Counted from the first letter of the stretch, positions 29,368-43,639 are shown. The stretch is DNA of 64,000 bases from Octopus vulgaris (GCA_951406725.2 OX597841.1:15996001-16060000), one strand, 5' to 3'. Numbers and translations: made by a program. The notes: a model not told the origin generated them from the letters alone.

Positions 29368-30216
29368 TGTGTGTGTTTGTGTGTCTGTGTTTGTCTCCCT
29401 AGCATTGCTTGACAACCGATGCTGGTGTGTTTATGTCCCCGTCACTTAGCGGTTCGGCAAAAGAGACCGATAGAATAAGTACTGGGCTTACAAAAGAATA
29501 AGTCCCGGGGTCGAGTTGCTCGACTAAAGGCAGTGCTCCAGCATGGCCGCAGTCAAATGACTGAAACAAGTAAAAGAGTAAAAGAGTGTTGCAAACAGTG
29601 AAGAAAGGCTGTTGGTGGCCTTATGCTACATAGGGAAGAAGGGCTCCGGTAAATAGTCTCCTATCAGAAAATCCCATCAATGTTGCACTTTAGTGGCTTG
29701 TGTACTCTAGTGACTCTGAGAGCTATGCCATCGGAACGCAAGCTCCTGGAAGCGCCACCCCCACCATGCAGGTCAAAGGATAGGAGTCAGATTAATATTG
29801 ACCGCTGCTTCCCTGAGGTAAAAACTGATTTGCTTAGAGCCAACATCGCCTACCTAGAAGGAAATAAAAGCATTGCACAGAAGCTTGAACACAAGTGAAA
29901 ATCCAACGAAATTTGTGAGAGGAGGACCTCGGGGAAATATACAAACGTCGTCTCTGATTAAGAACCGACAATTAAGAACTGGAGGTGGGATAGTGGAGCA
30001 GAGCTGGAAAAGCCGGGACCTAACCGGGGAGAGGCAGACAAAACAGCTCAGAGTCGAGGGTAGTCGCAAAGAATTGTCGGTGGCCTAATGCTAAATAGGG
30101 TACGAAGGGTTTCTATAAATACTCTCCTATCACAAGATCCAATCAATGTTGCAGTTGGTAGACTGTGTACCTTAATGACCCTGAGAGCTATGGTGGCGGA
30201 ATGCAAGCTCCTGTTA
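28830..30216 (+). mobile_element. Tandem diverged ~465-bp units, complete ones ending in an RTE-clade C-terminus/3-prime end
   Basis: gaggtaaaaactga..agagccaa and gtggcct.atgcta.ataggg each occur twice; peptides NIWRRDCGAELKKQGSNYGQA and ELEK..RGEADKTAQSRG*SQRIVGGL resemble RTE ORF ends. Confidence 0.6.
29166..29586 (+). mobile_element. SINE A, full length, inserted in an RTE-like unit
   Basis: Complete family match. Confidence 0.9.
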
Positions 30217-30290
30217 GAAACCACACACACACATACACACACACATGCGCAATAGGTCCAATATCAAGAACAACGGAAAAAAGTCATCGA

Positions 30291-30710
30291 TACTCTCTCT
30301 TTTACTCTTTTACTCTTTTACTTGTTTCAGTCATATGACTGCGGCCATGCTTGAGCACTGCTTTTAATCGAGTAACTCGACCCCGGGACTTATTCTTTTG
30401 TAAGCCCAGTACTTATTCTATCGGTCTCTTTTGCCGAACCGTTAAGTAACGGGGACATAAACACACCAGCATCGGTTGTCAAGCAATGCTAGGGGGACAA
30501 ACACAGACACACACACACGCATATAAATATACATATATACATATATACGACGGACTTCTTTCAGTTTCCGTCTACCAAATCCACTCACAAGGCTTTGGTC
30601 GGCCCAAGGCTATAGCAGAAGACACTCGCGCAAGGTGCCACGCAGTGGGTGGGACTGAACCCGGAAACATGTGGTTGGTTAGCAAGCTACTTACCACACA
30701 GCCACTCCTG
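30291..30710 (-). mobile_element. SINE A, full length
   Basis: Complete family match. Confidence 0.9.
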
Positions 30711-30774
30711 CTTCTTCAGGAGCATTGGCTATCGACGTGCTGCGAATAAATCTTTCTATTGGAGGCACGAGGCC

Positions 30775-31332
30775 TCAAATTTGTGGGGACTCGTCGATTG
30801 TATCGACCCACTATTTCAGTGGTATTTAATTTATCGACTCCGAAAGTCGACCAGTGCAGAATTTGAACTCAGAACCTCAGGGCGGCGAGCTGGCAGAAAC
30901 GTTAGCACGCCGGGCGAAATGCGTAGCCGTATTTCGTCTGCCGTTACGTTCTGAGTTCAAATTCCGCCGAGGTCGACTTTGCCTTTCATCCTTTCGGGAT
31001 CGATAAATTAAGTACCAGTTGCATACTGGGGTAGATCTTATCGACTCGCCCTCTCCCCAAAAATTTCGAACTCAGAACGTAGCGGCAGAAGAAATACCTA
31101 TTTCTTTACTAACCACAAGGAGCTAAACACAGAGGAGACAAACAAAGACAGACAAACGGATTAAGTCGATTACATCGACTCCAGTGCGTAACTGGTACTT
31201 AATTTATCGACCCCCAAATGGATGAAAGGCAAAATCGACCTCGGCGGAATTTGAACTCAGAACGTAACGGCAGACGAAATACGGCTACGCATTTCGCCCG
31301 GCGTGCTAACGATTCTGCCAGCTCAACGCCTT
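30775..31332. mobile_element. Cluster of SINE B copies in -, +, - orientation
   Basis: Old minus copy to about 30875, plus copy 30880-31050, minus multimer-type copy 31065-31332. Confidence 0.8.
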
Positions 31333-31357
31333 AAATCAGTAATAATAATAATAATAA

Positions 31358-31388
<31 letters not shown>

Positions 31389-31514
31389 AAGAAGAAGAAG
31401 AAGAAGAAGAAGAAGAAGAAGAAGAAGAAGAAGAAGAAGAAGAAGAAGAAGAAGAAGAAGAAGAAGAAGAAGAAGAAGAAGAAGAAGAAGAAGAAGAAGA
31501 AGAAGAAGAAGAAG

Positions 31515-32071
31515 AAATGCCCTGATGCAGTCCCAGGCAGTGGCTCTCAAGTCTTCTGATCTTAACTGATTGGAAGTGTCATCATGTACATTGTTTTGTC
31601 TTGGTATAAAAGATGGGCTACAGCAAATATTCTGCTCAATACCACAGATTTGCTTGTCAGTTGTTTGACCTTAACCAGTTGAGCATGTCCCTTAGTGGCT
31701 GACGATATGTGCATCTCTGATCACGAGCAGAAGTAGTGGGGGAGCATCATAGCCATGTGTTGAGAGGATTCTTTGGGGTTTGAATAATTCACCTCTGGAA
31801 ACATGGGTGTTTCGTTCAACATCCTTAAACAACCCTTATTCAGAGACCTTTTGAGCGGGATGGGCTACTCAACCTGAAGAAAATTCTAACTGGGCCCCAC
31901 CTGCAAGGTCATGTGCTGTTTATCTTGATATGAGATCACCATGTCGCGCACATATGGTTGTGATGCATGTGCCTGGTGTACCTTTATCAGACGGGTAGTC
32001 ATGATGGGTATACTGGGCTTCGTATATTTTACCCCAGTGTCACTTTGATGGCATGCACTGCTCTCTCACTC
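31515..32071 (+). mobile_element. Element E, full length, between (AAG)n and (AAT)n
   Basis: Ends aaatgccctgatgc and gctctctcactc, shared with 53266-53823. Confidence 0.85.
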
Positions 32072-32153
<82 letters not shown>

Positions 32154-32438
32154 TTAATAATATTAATAACAACAATAATAATAAAGAAATAATGAACGTA
32201 TTTAAAACCTAAGAGACAGGCATATAGCCTGTCAGACAATCCGGCCGACAGATAGACAAACAGACAGACAGGCACTGAAAGAAACAAGGTCAAGTCAGGT
32301 CAGGGAAAGAAGGAAAGAAAGATACAAACAAAGAGAGAAAGAGGGAAGGGCATTGTGCAGAGATATATATATATATACATATATATGTATATATATATAT
32401 ATATATATACATATATATATACATATATATATATATAC

Positions 32439-32509
<71 letters not shown>

Positions 32510-32615
32510 TATGTGTATATATACACATACATATATATGTATATACATATACATATGTGTATATAGATACACACACATATAGTATATATGCATGCATATG
32601 TATGTACATATATAC

Positions 32616-32647
<32 letters not shown>

Positions 32648-32658
32648 GTATTTATATA

Positions 32659-32865
32659 TGGCCTAGTGGTTAGGGCAGCGGACTTGCGGTCGGAGGATCG
32701 CGGTTTCGATTCCCAGACCGGGCGTTGTGTGTGTTTATTGAGCGAAAAAAACACCTAAAAGCTCCACGAGGCTCCGGCAGGAGGTGGTGATCCCTGCTGT
32801 ACTCTTTCACCACTCTAAAAGGCGGTGTTCCAGCATGGCCGCAGTCAAATGACTGAAACAAGTAC
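32659..32865 (+). mobile_element. SINE C 5-prime part fused to a SINE A 3-prime tail
   Basis: ggcctagtggttagggcagcggacttgcggtc...ctctttcaccactc, then aaaggcggtgttccagcatggccgcagtcaaatgactgaaacaag. Confidence 0.8.
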
Positions 32866-32905
32866 AAAAAAAAAAAAAAAAATATGTGTGTGTGTGTGTA
32901 TATAT

Positions 32906-32967
<62 letters not shown>

Positions 32968-33001
32968 ATTTATATATATATATATATAAATACACACACA
33001 C

Positions 33002-33130
<129 letters not shown>

Positions 33131-33131
33131 C

Positions 33132-33250
<119 letters not shown>

Positions 33251-33580
33251 CAATGAACAACAAGCAAAAACAAATAGATGAAAGCCGACAGACAGACAGA
33301 CAGGCAAGCGGACGGGCAGACAGGACGACTAATTGATTATCCTCATTGATACGGTGATCGATTTGAAATACGCGAGTAAAGCAAATCAGGGAGTTTTTTT
33401 TTTTTCTTTCTTTTTTCTTTATTTTTCTTCTTTTTTTTTTTTTTTTTTGCCCATCTTTTTCTCATGGATAGGCTTTTGAACGCTAGGTAAATAGCCGATA
33501 TAGACAAGAGCCATAGCTATAGATGTATATTGTGTCTGTGTATATATATACACCCACACACACACACACATATATATATA

Positions 33581-33629
<49 letters not shown>

Positions 33630-33800
33630 TATATTATATTGAGGGTACTACTATTCGTAGATACCAACACGCTAAGAGGGACCAATGCGGTCAAAACTAC
33701 TAAAATTATAATATATATATATATATGTATATATATTTATGTATATATATTTATGTATATATATATATATATATTTATATATATTTATATATATACATAT

Positions 33801-33972
33801 AGGCGCAGGAGTGGCTGTGTGGTAAGTAGCTTGCTTACCAACCACATGGTTCCGGGCTCAGTTCCACTGCGTGGCATCTTGGGCAAGTGTCTTCTGCTAT
33901 AGCCTTGGGCCGACCAATGCCTTGTGGGTGGATTTGGTAGACGGAAACTGAAAGAAGCCTGTCGTATATATG

Positions 33973-34030
<58 letters not shown>

Positions 34031-34222
34031 TGTGCTTGTCCCCTAGCATTGCTTGACAACCGATGCTGGTGTGTTTACGTCCTCGTCACTTAGCGGTTCG
34101 GCAAAAGAACCGATAGAATAAGTACTGGGCTTATAAGTACGGGGTCGATTTGCTCGACTAAAGAGGCGGTGCTCCAGCATGGCCGCAGTCAAATGACTGA
34201 AGCAAGTAAAAGAGTAAAAGAG
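33801..34222 (+). mobile_element. SINE A, full length
   Basis: Family match. Confidence 0.9.
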
Positions 34223-34268
34223 ATATATATTTATATATATATATATATACACATATATATATATATAT

Positions 34269-34301
<33 letters not shown>

Positions 34302-34312
34302 TATGTATGTAT

Positions 34313-34545
34313 ACTCTTTACTCTCTCTGTTTTATTTGTTTCAGTCATTTGACTGCGAGCCATGTTGGAGCACCGCCTTTAGTCGAGCAAATCGACCCCA
34401 GGACTTATTCTTTTGTAAGCCCAGTACTTATTCTATCGGTCTATTTTGCCGAACCGCTAGGTGACGGCGACGTAAACACACCAGCATCGGTTGTCAAGCA
34501 ATGCTAGGGGCACAAACACAGACACACAAACATACACACACACAT
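34313..34545 (-). mobile_element. SINE A 3-prime half
   Basis: Family match, tail to tail with the previous copy. Confidence 0.85.
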
Positions 34546-34760
34546 ATATAACACCAAGATGTTGACCGGATGCTTGACTTTCATCCCTCCCGGTACATGT
34601 CCCCAGATTGATACCCAAATACTCTGAAATGTTCATATTGGAGCTTCCGGTACAAATGCCAAGCAGTACAGCATATCGTTTCCAAATTCCCGGCAGAGTG
34701 AATTGCGTCCGGGTGTTTTCCTCTTTTTTGATCTCTTTCTAAAATCGTAATGCCCTTAAA

Positions 34761-35073
34761 GCGTGGAGGCACATGGCCTAGTGGTTAGAGCAGCGGACTC
34801 GCGGTCGAGGGATAGCAGGTTCGAATCTCAGACCGGGCGATGTGTGTGTTTATGAGCGAAAACACCTAAGCTCCACGCGGCTCCGGCAGAAGTTAATGGC
34901 GAAACTTCTACTGACTCTTTCGCCACAACATTCTCTCACTCTTTCCTCCTGCATCTTGCAGCTCACCTCCGATGGACCGGCGTCCCGTCTAGGTGGGGAA
35001 CCTATACGCCAAGGAAACCGGCCCTTATGAGCCAGGCATGGCTCGAGAAGGAACAAACAAAAAAAAAACAAAA
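34761..35073 (+). mobile_element. SINE C, full length, with 13-bp TSD
   Basis: A box tggcctagtggttagagc, B box ggttcgaatctc, A-rich tail; TSD taatgcccttaaa at 34748-34760 and 35074-35086. Confidence 0.9.
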
Positions 35074-35143
35074 TAATGCCCTTAAACGTCATTGTAAAGG
35101 AACAGGCCAACGACATACTTTGAGGAAACAGAAAGAAGACTGT

Positions 35144-35176
<33 letters not shown>

Positions 35177-35380
35177 GCCGGGAGAAATGCGTTGGCTTAT
35201 TTCGTCTGCCGTTACGTTCTGAGTTCAAATTCCGCCGAGGTCGACTTTGCCTTTCATCCTTTCGGGGTCGATTAAATAAGTACCAGTTATGCACTGGGGT
35301 CGATGTAATTGACTTAATCCCTTTGTCTGTCCTTGTTTGTCCCCTCTATGCTTAGCCCCTTGTGGGCAATAAAGAAATAA
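35177..35380 (+). mobile_element. SINE B, 5-prime truncated
   Basis: gagttcaaattccgccgaggtcgac...gccccttgtgggcaataaagaaata. Confidence 0.85.
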
Positions 35381-35479
35381 GAAGCGTGCTTACCAACCAC
35401 ATGGTTCCGGGTTCAGTCCCACTGTGTGTCACCTTGGTCGACTGTTTTCTGCTGTAGCCTTGGGCCAATCTAAGCCTTA

Positions 35480-35579
35480 NNNNNNNNNNNNNNNNNNNNN
35501 NNNNNNNNNNNNNNNNNNNNNNNNNNNNNNNNNNNNNNNNNNNNNNNNNNNNNNNNNNNNNNNNNNNNNNNNNNNNNNN
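35480..35579. other. Assembly gap (100 N)
   Basis: Run of n. Confidence 1.
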
Positions 35580-35581
35580 CG

Positions 35582-35614
<33 letters not shown>

Positions 35615-35647
35615 GCGTGCGTGCGTGCGTGCGTACGTGCGCGTACG

Positions 35648-35687
<40 letters not shown>

Positions 35688-35910
35688 TGTGCGTGCGTGC
35701 GTACGCGTGCGTGCGTGCGTGCGTGCGTGCGTACGTGCGTGCGTGCGTGCGTGCGATGCGTGCGTGCGTACGTGCGTGCGTGCGTGCGTGCGTGCGTACG
35801 TGCGTGCGTGCGTGCGTGCGTGCGTGCACGTGCGTGCGTGCGTGCGTGCGTACGTGCGTGCGTGCGTGCGTGCATGCGTGCGTGCGTGCGTACGTACGTG
35901 CGTACGTACG

Positions 35911-35958
<48 letters not shown>

Positions 35959-36012
35959 TACGTACGTACGTGCGTCGCTGTGCGTGCGTGCGTGCGTGCG
36001 TACGTACGTACG

Positions 36013-36044
<32 letters not shown>

Positions 36045-36072
36045 TACGTACGTGCGTGCGTACGTACGTACG

Positions 36073-36128
<56 letters not shown>

Positions 36129-37197
36129 TACGTACGTGCGTGCGTGCGTGCGTGCGTGCGTGCGTACGTGCGTACGTGCGTGCGTGCGTACGTACGTACG
36201 TGCAGTACGTACGTACGTGCGTGCGTACGTACGTACGTAGTGCAAGTACGTGCGTGCGTGCGTACGTACGTACATACGTGCAGTACGTGCGTGCGTACGT
36301 ACTGTACGTGCATGATCATACGTACGTACGTACGATGCGTACGTACGTGCGTGCGTACGTACGTACGTGTCGTCTGCGTACGTGCGTACGTACGTACGTA
36401 CGTACGTATGCGTCTGTCTGTCTGTCTGTCTGTCTGCGTACGTACGTACGTCTGTCTGTCTGCTGTCTGTCTGATACGTACGTACGTACTGTCTACGTAG
36501 TCTGTCTGTCTGTCGTGTCGTGTCTGTACTGTACTGTACGTACGTACGTACGTACGTACGTACGCGTACGTACATGCGTGCGTACGTACGTACGTACGTA
36601 CGTACGTACGTACATGCACGTACGCGTACGTACGTACGTACGTGCGTACGTACGTACGTACGTACGTGCGTACGTACGTACGTGCGTGCGTACGTACGTA
36701 CGTACGTACGTACGTACGTACGTACGTGCGTGCGTGCGTACGTGCAATGCGTGCAGTACGTGCGTGCGTGCACACGTACGTGCGTGCAGACGTACGTACG
36801 TACGTACGTATACGTACGTACGTACGTACGTACGTACGTACATACATGCATACATACGTACGTACATACATCCGACATACATACATACATACATACATAC
36901 ATACATACATACATACATACATACATACATACATGCATACATACATACATGCATACATACATACATACATACATACATACATACATACATACATACATAC
37001 ATGCATGCATACATACACACATACATACATACATACATACATACATACATACATACATACATACATACATACATACATACATACATACATACATACATAC
37101 ATACATACATACATACATACATACAAATACATACATACATACATACATTCATACATACATACATACATACATACATACATACATACATACATACATA
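35580..37197. repeat. (GTGC)n grading through (GTAC)n into (CATA)n
   Basis: Direct inspection. Confidence 0.9.
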
Positions 37198-37443
37198 AAC
37201 ATACTCTCTGCCTAAATGCAAATCTTGAGAAATTAGTCTTCTCAAAATCAGAAAGGAGAAAGCTAATTCGATGACCACAGATCTAATCCATCAGTGGAAC
37301 TGTAAAAATCTGTAAAACTTTCCAGAAGTTTATCATTTCAATATAAACGAGCATGTTTCGATATGTAGCTATATGCATGAGAATATATACATAAAGCAAA
37401 ACATACAAATCTGCACATATACATACATACACACAGAGAGACA

Positions 37444-37487
<44 letters not shown>

Positions 37488-37488
<1 letters not shown>

Positions 37489-37988
37489 CTTTATATATAA
37501 AAGAGAGGTTGTGTGTCCGTCTCCTACGATTTAGATTCCTAACTACTCCCACATTTTGCGGTGCAGTTTAACCAAAACCGGGTATCTTATAGTCGTGATT
37601 CATATCGAGCCCTGCTGGGTATTAGCGCGCGTCTACGATGAGTCTACGATTTTAAAAAAAATTTACCATTATTTTTTTCCATTTTAATGCATTTTTTCGC
37701 TATTATATAAGGGAAGTAACTCTCTAAAAATGTCTACGATGAGTCTACGATTTAAAAAAAAATTTACCATCATTTTTTTCCATTTTAATGCATTTTTCGC
37801 TATTATATACGGGAAGTAACTCTCTAAAAATGTCTACGATGAGTCAACAATTTTAAAAAATATTTACTGTCATTTTTTTTTAATCCATTTTTAATGCATT
37901 TGTTTGCTATTTTTTGGCTATAACTCTATAAAAGTGCTTATATAGTTATTTCCCTTACAAACCCGAGCAACGCCGGGCGGTACTGCTA

Positions 37989-37989
<1 letters not shown>
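37488..37989 (+). mobile_element. Non-autonomous Helitron (duplicate)
   Basis: TC start, hairpin and CTAG end as at 27452-27952. Confidence 0.85.
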
Positions 37990-38054
<65 letters not shown>

Positions 38055-38482
38055 ATATGTATAGATAGAGACAGCCAAGCAGACATTCCCACATTAAAAC
38101 ACTTGTGTTTAAATATGTTTGTTTTACGTTTATCACTTCACCCCTGAACACAATTTTAGATCAGGGTTATGCGTGTGTATGTGTGTGTGCGCTAGTGTTA
38201 GTGGAGATAGTGGGTGATGGTGGTGGTGGTGGTGGTGGTGGTGGTGGAGTAGGAGTTAGTAATAATGGGTGTGGTTGTGGTGGCGAGATTGGAGGTGATG
38301 TTGGGGATGAGGATGACGACGACGACGATGATGATGACGCTAATCAAGATGACGACGACGATGATGATGATGGTGATGATGATGATGACGACGACGACGA
38401 CGATGATGATGATGATGATGATGATGATGACGACGTTGATGATGGTTCTGATGACGACGACGATGATGATGATGGTGATGAC

Positions 38483-38517
<35 letters not shown>

Positions 38518-39155
38518 CGATGATGATGATGATGTTGGTGATGATGATGATGACGACGACGACGACGACGATGATGATGATGATGATGATGATGATGGTG
38601 ATGACGATGATGATGATGATGTTGGTGATGATGATGACGACGACGACGACGATGATGATGATGACGATGATAGTGTCGGTGAAGTTGGTGGCGGTGACCC
38701 CGTTGGAGAGAGAGAGCAATGGTGGCGGCGATTCGAAAGATGATGGTGATGGTGATGGTGATGGTGATGGTGATGGCTGGGTACTTCGTTTAATGGCTTA
38801 GTAAGAAGAACCAACGCAAGTTCGAGTCATTGTTGTTCAGTCTGGTGACTTGTATGACTCCAGGCCTCTGAGAGCAGAGCGAGTGGGGCGCCCCCTGATG
38901 GACAGGCCAATGGATGGTGGCCAGACTACTATGGATCGCCCCTTCCCATGGGGTAAAAACTGACTTACATAGAGCCAAGATCCCTCCCTAAAAGAGAAAA
39001 CAAAAAGCAGTCACTGAAGCACGAGGACAAGTGGAAATCCACCGAGATTTGTGAGGGAAGCGGGTGAAAGGGAGCCCTAAATATCTGGAGGAGGGATTGT
39101 GGGGCAGAGCTGAAGAAGCAGGGATCCAACTATGGACAGGCAGGAGTAGTAGTAG

Positions 39156-39316
39156 TCGCAGGAGTGGCTGTGTGGTAAGTAGCTTGCTAACCAACCACAT
39201 GGTTCCGGGTTCAGTCCCACTGCGTGGCACCTTGGGCAAGTGTCTTCTACTATAGCCTCGGGCCGACCAATGCCTTGTGAGTGGATTTGGTAGACGGAAA
39301 CTGAAAGAAGCCCGTC

Positions 39317-39357
<41 letters not shown>

Positions 39358-39576
39358 TGTGTGTGTTTGTGTGTCTGTGTTTGTCTCCCTAGCATTGCTT
39401 GACAACCGATGCTGGTGTGTTTATGTCCCCGTCACTTAGCGGTTCGGCAAAAGAGACCGATAGAATAAGTACTGGGCTTACAAAAGAATAAGTCCCGGGG
39501 TCGAGTTGCTCGACTAAAGGCAGTGCTCCAGCATGGCCGCAGTCAAATGACTGAAACAAGTAAAAGAGTAAAAGAG
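39156..39576 (+). mobile_element. SINE A (duplicate of 29166)
   Basis: Family match. Confidence 0.9.
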
Positions 39577-40270
39577 TGTTGCAAACAGTGAAGAAAGGCC
39601 TTATGCTACATAGGGAAGAAGGGCTCCGGTAAATAGTCTCCTATCAGAAAATCCCATCAATGTTGCACTTTAGTGGCTTGTGTACTCTAGTGACTCTGAG
39701 AGCTATGCCATCGGAACGCAAGCTCCTGGAAGCGCCACCCCCACCATGCAGGTCAAAGGATAGGAGTCAGATTAATATTGACCGCTGCTTCCCTGAGGTA
39801 AAAACTGATTTGCTTAGAGCCAACATCGCCTACCTAGAAGGAAATAAAAGCATTGCACAGAAGCTTGAACACAAGTGAAAATCCAACGAAATTTGTGAGA
39901 GGAGGACCTCGGGGAAATATACAAACGTCGTCTCTGATTAAGAACCGACAATTAAGAACTGGAGGTGGGATAGTGGAGCAGAGCTGGAAAAGCCGGGACC
40001 TAACCGGGGAGAGGCAGACAAAACAGCTCAGAGTCGAGGGTAGTCGCAAAGAATTGTCGGTGGCCTAATGCTAAATAGGGTACGAAGGGTTTCTATAAAT
40101 ACTCTCCTATCACAAGATCCAATCAATGTTGCAGTTGGTAGACTGTGTACCTTAATGACCCTGAGAGCTATGGTGGCGGAATGCAAGCTCCTGTTAGAAA
40201 CCACACACACACATACACACACACATGCGCAATAGGTCCAATATCAAGAACAACGGAAAAAAGTCATCGA

Positions 40271-40692
40271 TACTCTCTCTTTTACTCTTTTACTCTTTTA
40301 CTTGTTTCAGTCATATGACTGCGGCCATGCTTGAGCACTGCTTTTAATCGAGTAACTCGACCCCGGGACTTATTCTTTTGTAAGCCCAGTACTTATTCTA
40401 TCGGTCTCTTTTGCCGAACCGTTAAGTAACGGGGACATAAACACACCAGCATCGGTTGTCAAGCAATGCTAGGGGGACAAACACAGACACACACACACGC
40501 ATATAAATATACATATATACATATATACGACGGACTTCTTTCAGTTTCCGTCTACCAAATCCACTCACAAGGCTTTGGTCGGCCCAAGGCTATAGCAGAA
40601 GACACTCGCGCAAGGTGCCACGCAGTGGGGTGGGACTGAACCCGGAAACATGTGGTTGGTTAGCAAGCTACTTACCACACAGCCACTCCTGC
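40271..40692 (-). mobile_element. SINE A (duplicate of 30291)
   Basis: Family match. Confidence 0.9.
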
Positions 40693-41341
40693 TTCTTAAG
40701 GAGCATTGGCTATCGACGTGCTGCGAATAAATCTTTCTATTGGAGGCACGAGGCCTCAAATTTGTGGGGACTCGTCGATTGTATCGACCCACTATTTCAC
40801 TGGTATTTAATTTATCGACTCCGAAAGTCGACCAGTGCAGAATTTGAACTCAGAACCTCAGGGCGGCGAGCTGGCAGAAACGTTAGCACGCCGGGCGAAA
40901 TGCGTAGCCGTATTTCGTCTGCCGTTACGTTCTGAGTTCAAATTCCGCCGAGGTCGACTTTGCCTTTCATCCTTTCGGGATCGATAAATTAAGTACCAGT
41001 TGCATACTGGGGTAGATCTTATCGACTCGCCCTCTCCCCAAAAATTTCGAACTCAGAACGTAGCGGCAGAAGAAATACCTATTTCTTTACTAACCACAAG
41101 GAGCTAAACACAGAGGAGACAAACAAAGACAGACAAACGGATTAAGTCGATTACATCGACTCCAGTGCGTAACTGGTACTTAATTTATCGACCCCCAAAT
41201 GGATGAAAGGCAAAATCGACCTCGGCGGAATTTGAACTCAGAACGTAACGGCAGACGAAATACGGCTACGCATTTCGCCCGGCGTGCTAACGATTCTGCC
41301 AGCTCAACGCCTTAAATCAGTAATAATAATAATAATAATAA

Positions 41342-41372
<31 letters not shown>

Positions 41373-41492
41373 AAGAAGAAGAAGAAGAAGAAGAAGAAGA
41401 AGAAGAAGAAGAAGAAGAAGAAGAAGAAGAAGAAGAAGAAGAAGAAGAAGAAGAAGAAGAAGAAGAAGAAGAAGAAGAAGAAGAAGAAGAAG

Positions 41493-42047
41493 AAATGCCC
41501 TGATGCAGTCCCAGGCAGTGGCTCTCAAGTCTTCTGATCTTAACTGATTGGAAGTGTCATCATGTACATTGTTTTGTCTTGGTATAAAAGATGGGCTACA
41601 GCAAATATTCTGCTCAATACCACAGATTTGCTTGTCAGTTGTTTGACCTTAACCAGTTGAGCATGTCCCTTAGTGGCTGACGATATGTGCATCTCTGATC
41701 ACGAGCAGAAGTAGTGGGGGAGCATCATAGCCATGTGTTGAGAGGGATTCTTTGGGGTTTGAATAATTCACCTCTGGAAACATGGGTGTTTCGTTCAACA
41801 TCCTTAAACAACCCTTATTCAGAGACCTTTTGAGCGGGATGGGCTACTCAACCTGAAGAAAATTCTAACTGGGCCCCACCTGCAAGGTCATGTGCTGTTT
41901 ATCTTGATATGAGATCACCATGTCGCGCACATATGGTTGTGATGCATGTGCCTGGTGTACCTTTATCAGACGGGTAGTCATGATGGGTATACTGGGCTTC
42001 GTATATTTACCCCAGTGTCACTTTGATGGCATGCACTGCTCTCTCAC

Positions 42048-42048
<1 letters not shown>
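41493..42048 (+). mobile_element. Element E (duplicate of 31515)
   Basis: Near-identical sequence. Confidence 0.85.
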
Positions 42049-42127
<79 letters not shown>

Positions 42128-42398
42128 TTAATAATATTAATAACAACAATAATAATAAAGAAATAATGAACGTATTTAAAACCTAAGAGACAGGCATATA
42201 GCCTGTCAGACAATCCGGCCGACAGATAGACAAACAGACAGACAGGCACTGAAAGAAACAAGGTCAAGTCAGGTCAGGGAAAGAAGGAAAGAAAGATACA
42301 AACAAAGAGAGAAAGAGGGAAGGGCATTGTGCAGAGATATATATATATATACATATATATGTATATATATATATATATATATATACATATATATATAC

Positions 42399-42457
<59 letters not shown>

Positions 42458-42593
42458 TATATACATATATATATATATACATATATATGTGTATATATAC
42501 ACATACATATATATGTATATACATATACATATGTGTGTATATAGATACACACACATATAGTATATATGCATGCATATGTATGTACATATATAC

Positions 42594-42625
<32 letters not shown>

Positions 42626-42878
42626 GTATTTATATATGGCCTAGTGGTTAGGGCAGCGGACTTGCGGTCGGAGGATCGCGGTTTCGATTCCCAGACCGGG
42701 CGTTGTGTGTGTTTATTGAGCGAAAAAAACACCTAAAAGCTCCACGAGGCTCCGGCAGGAGGTGGTGATCCCTGCTGTACTCTTTCACCACTCTAAAAGG
42801 CGGTGTTCCAGCATGGCCGCAGTCAAATGACTGAAACAAGTACAAAAAAAAAAAAATATGTGTGTGTGTGTATATATA

Positions 42879-42934
<56 letters not shown>

Positions 42935-42982
42935 ATTATATATATATATATATAAATACACACACACATATATATATATATA

Positions 42983-43210
<228 letters not shown>

Positions 43211-43508
43211 AACAACAAGCAAAAACAAATAGATGAAAGCCGACAGACAGACAGACAGGCAAGCGGACGGGCAGACAGGACGACTAATTGATTATCCTCA
43301 TTGATACGGTGATCGATTTGAAATACGCGAGTAAAGCAAATCAGGGAGGTTTTTTTTTTTTCTTTCTTTTTTCTTTATTTTTCTTTTTTTTTTTTTTTTT
43401 TTGCCCATCTTTTTCTCATGGATAGGCTTTTGAACGCTAGGTAAATAGCCGACATAGACAAGAGCCATAGCTATAGATGTATATTGTGTCTGTGTATATA
43501 TATACACC

Positions 43509-43558
<50 letters not shown>

Positions 43559-43579
43559 CGGTCAAAACTACTAAAATTA

Positions 43580-43639
<60 letters not shown>

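Noticed and set aside
34560-34720. Minus-strand EYLGINLG, possibly an RT thumb remnant
   Set aside because: A single short motif; insufficient to call.
34765-34840. Possible tRNA gene (also 8438-8505 and 32659-32720)
   Set aside because: A and B boxes are present, but there is no proper acceptor stem and the sequence continues into a SINE body.
35352-37278. Long RTYV/ACVR ORFs across the gap
   Set aside because: Tetranucleotide repeat plus Ns.
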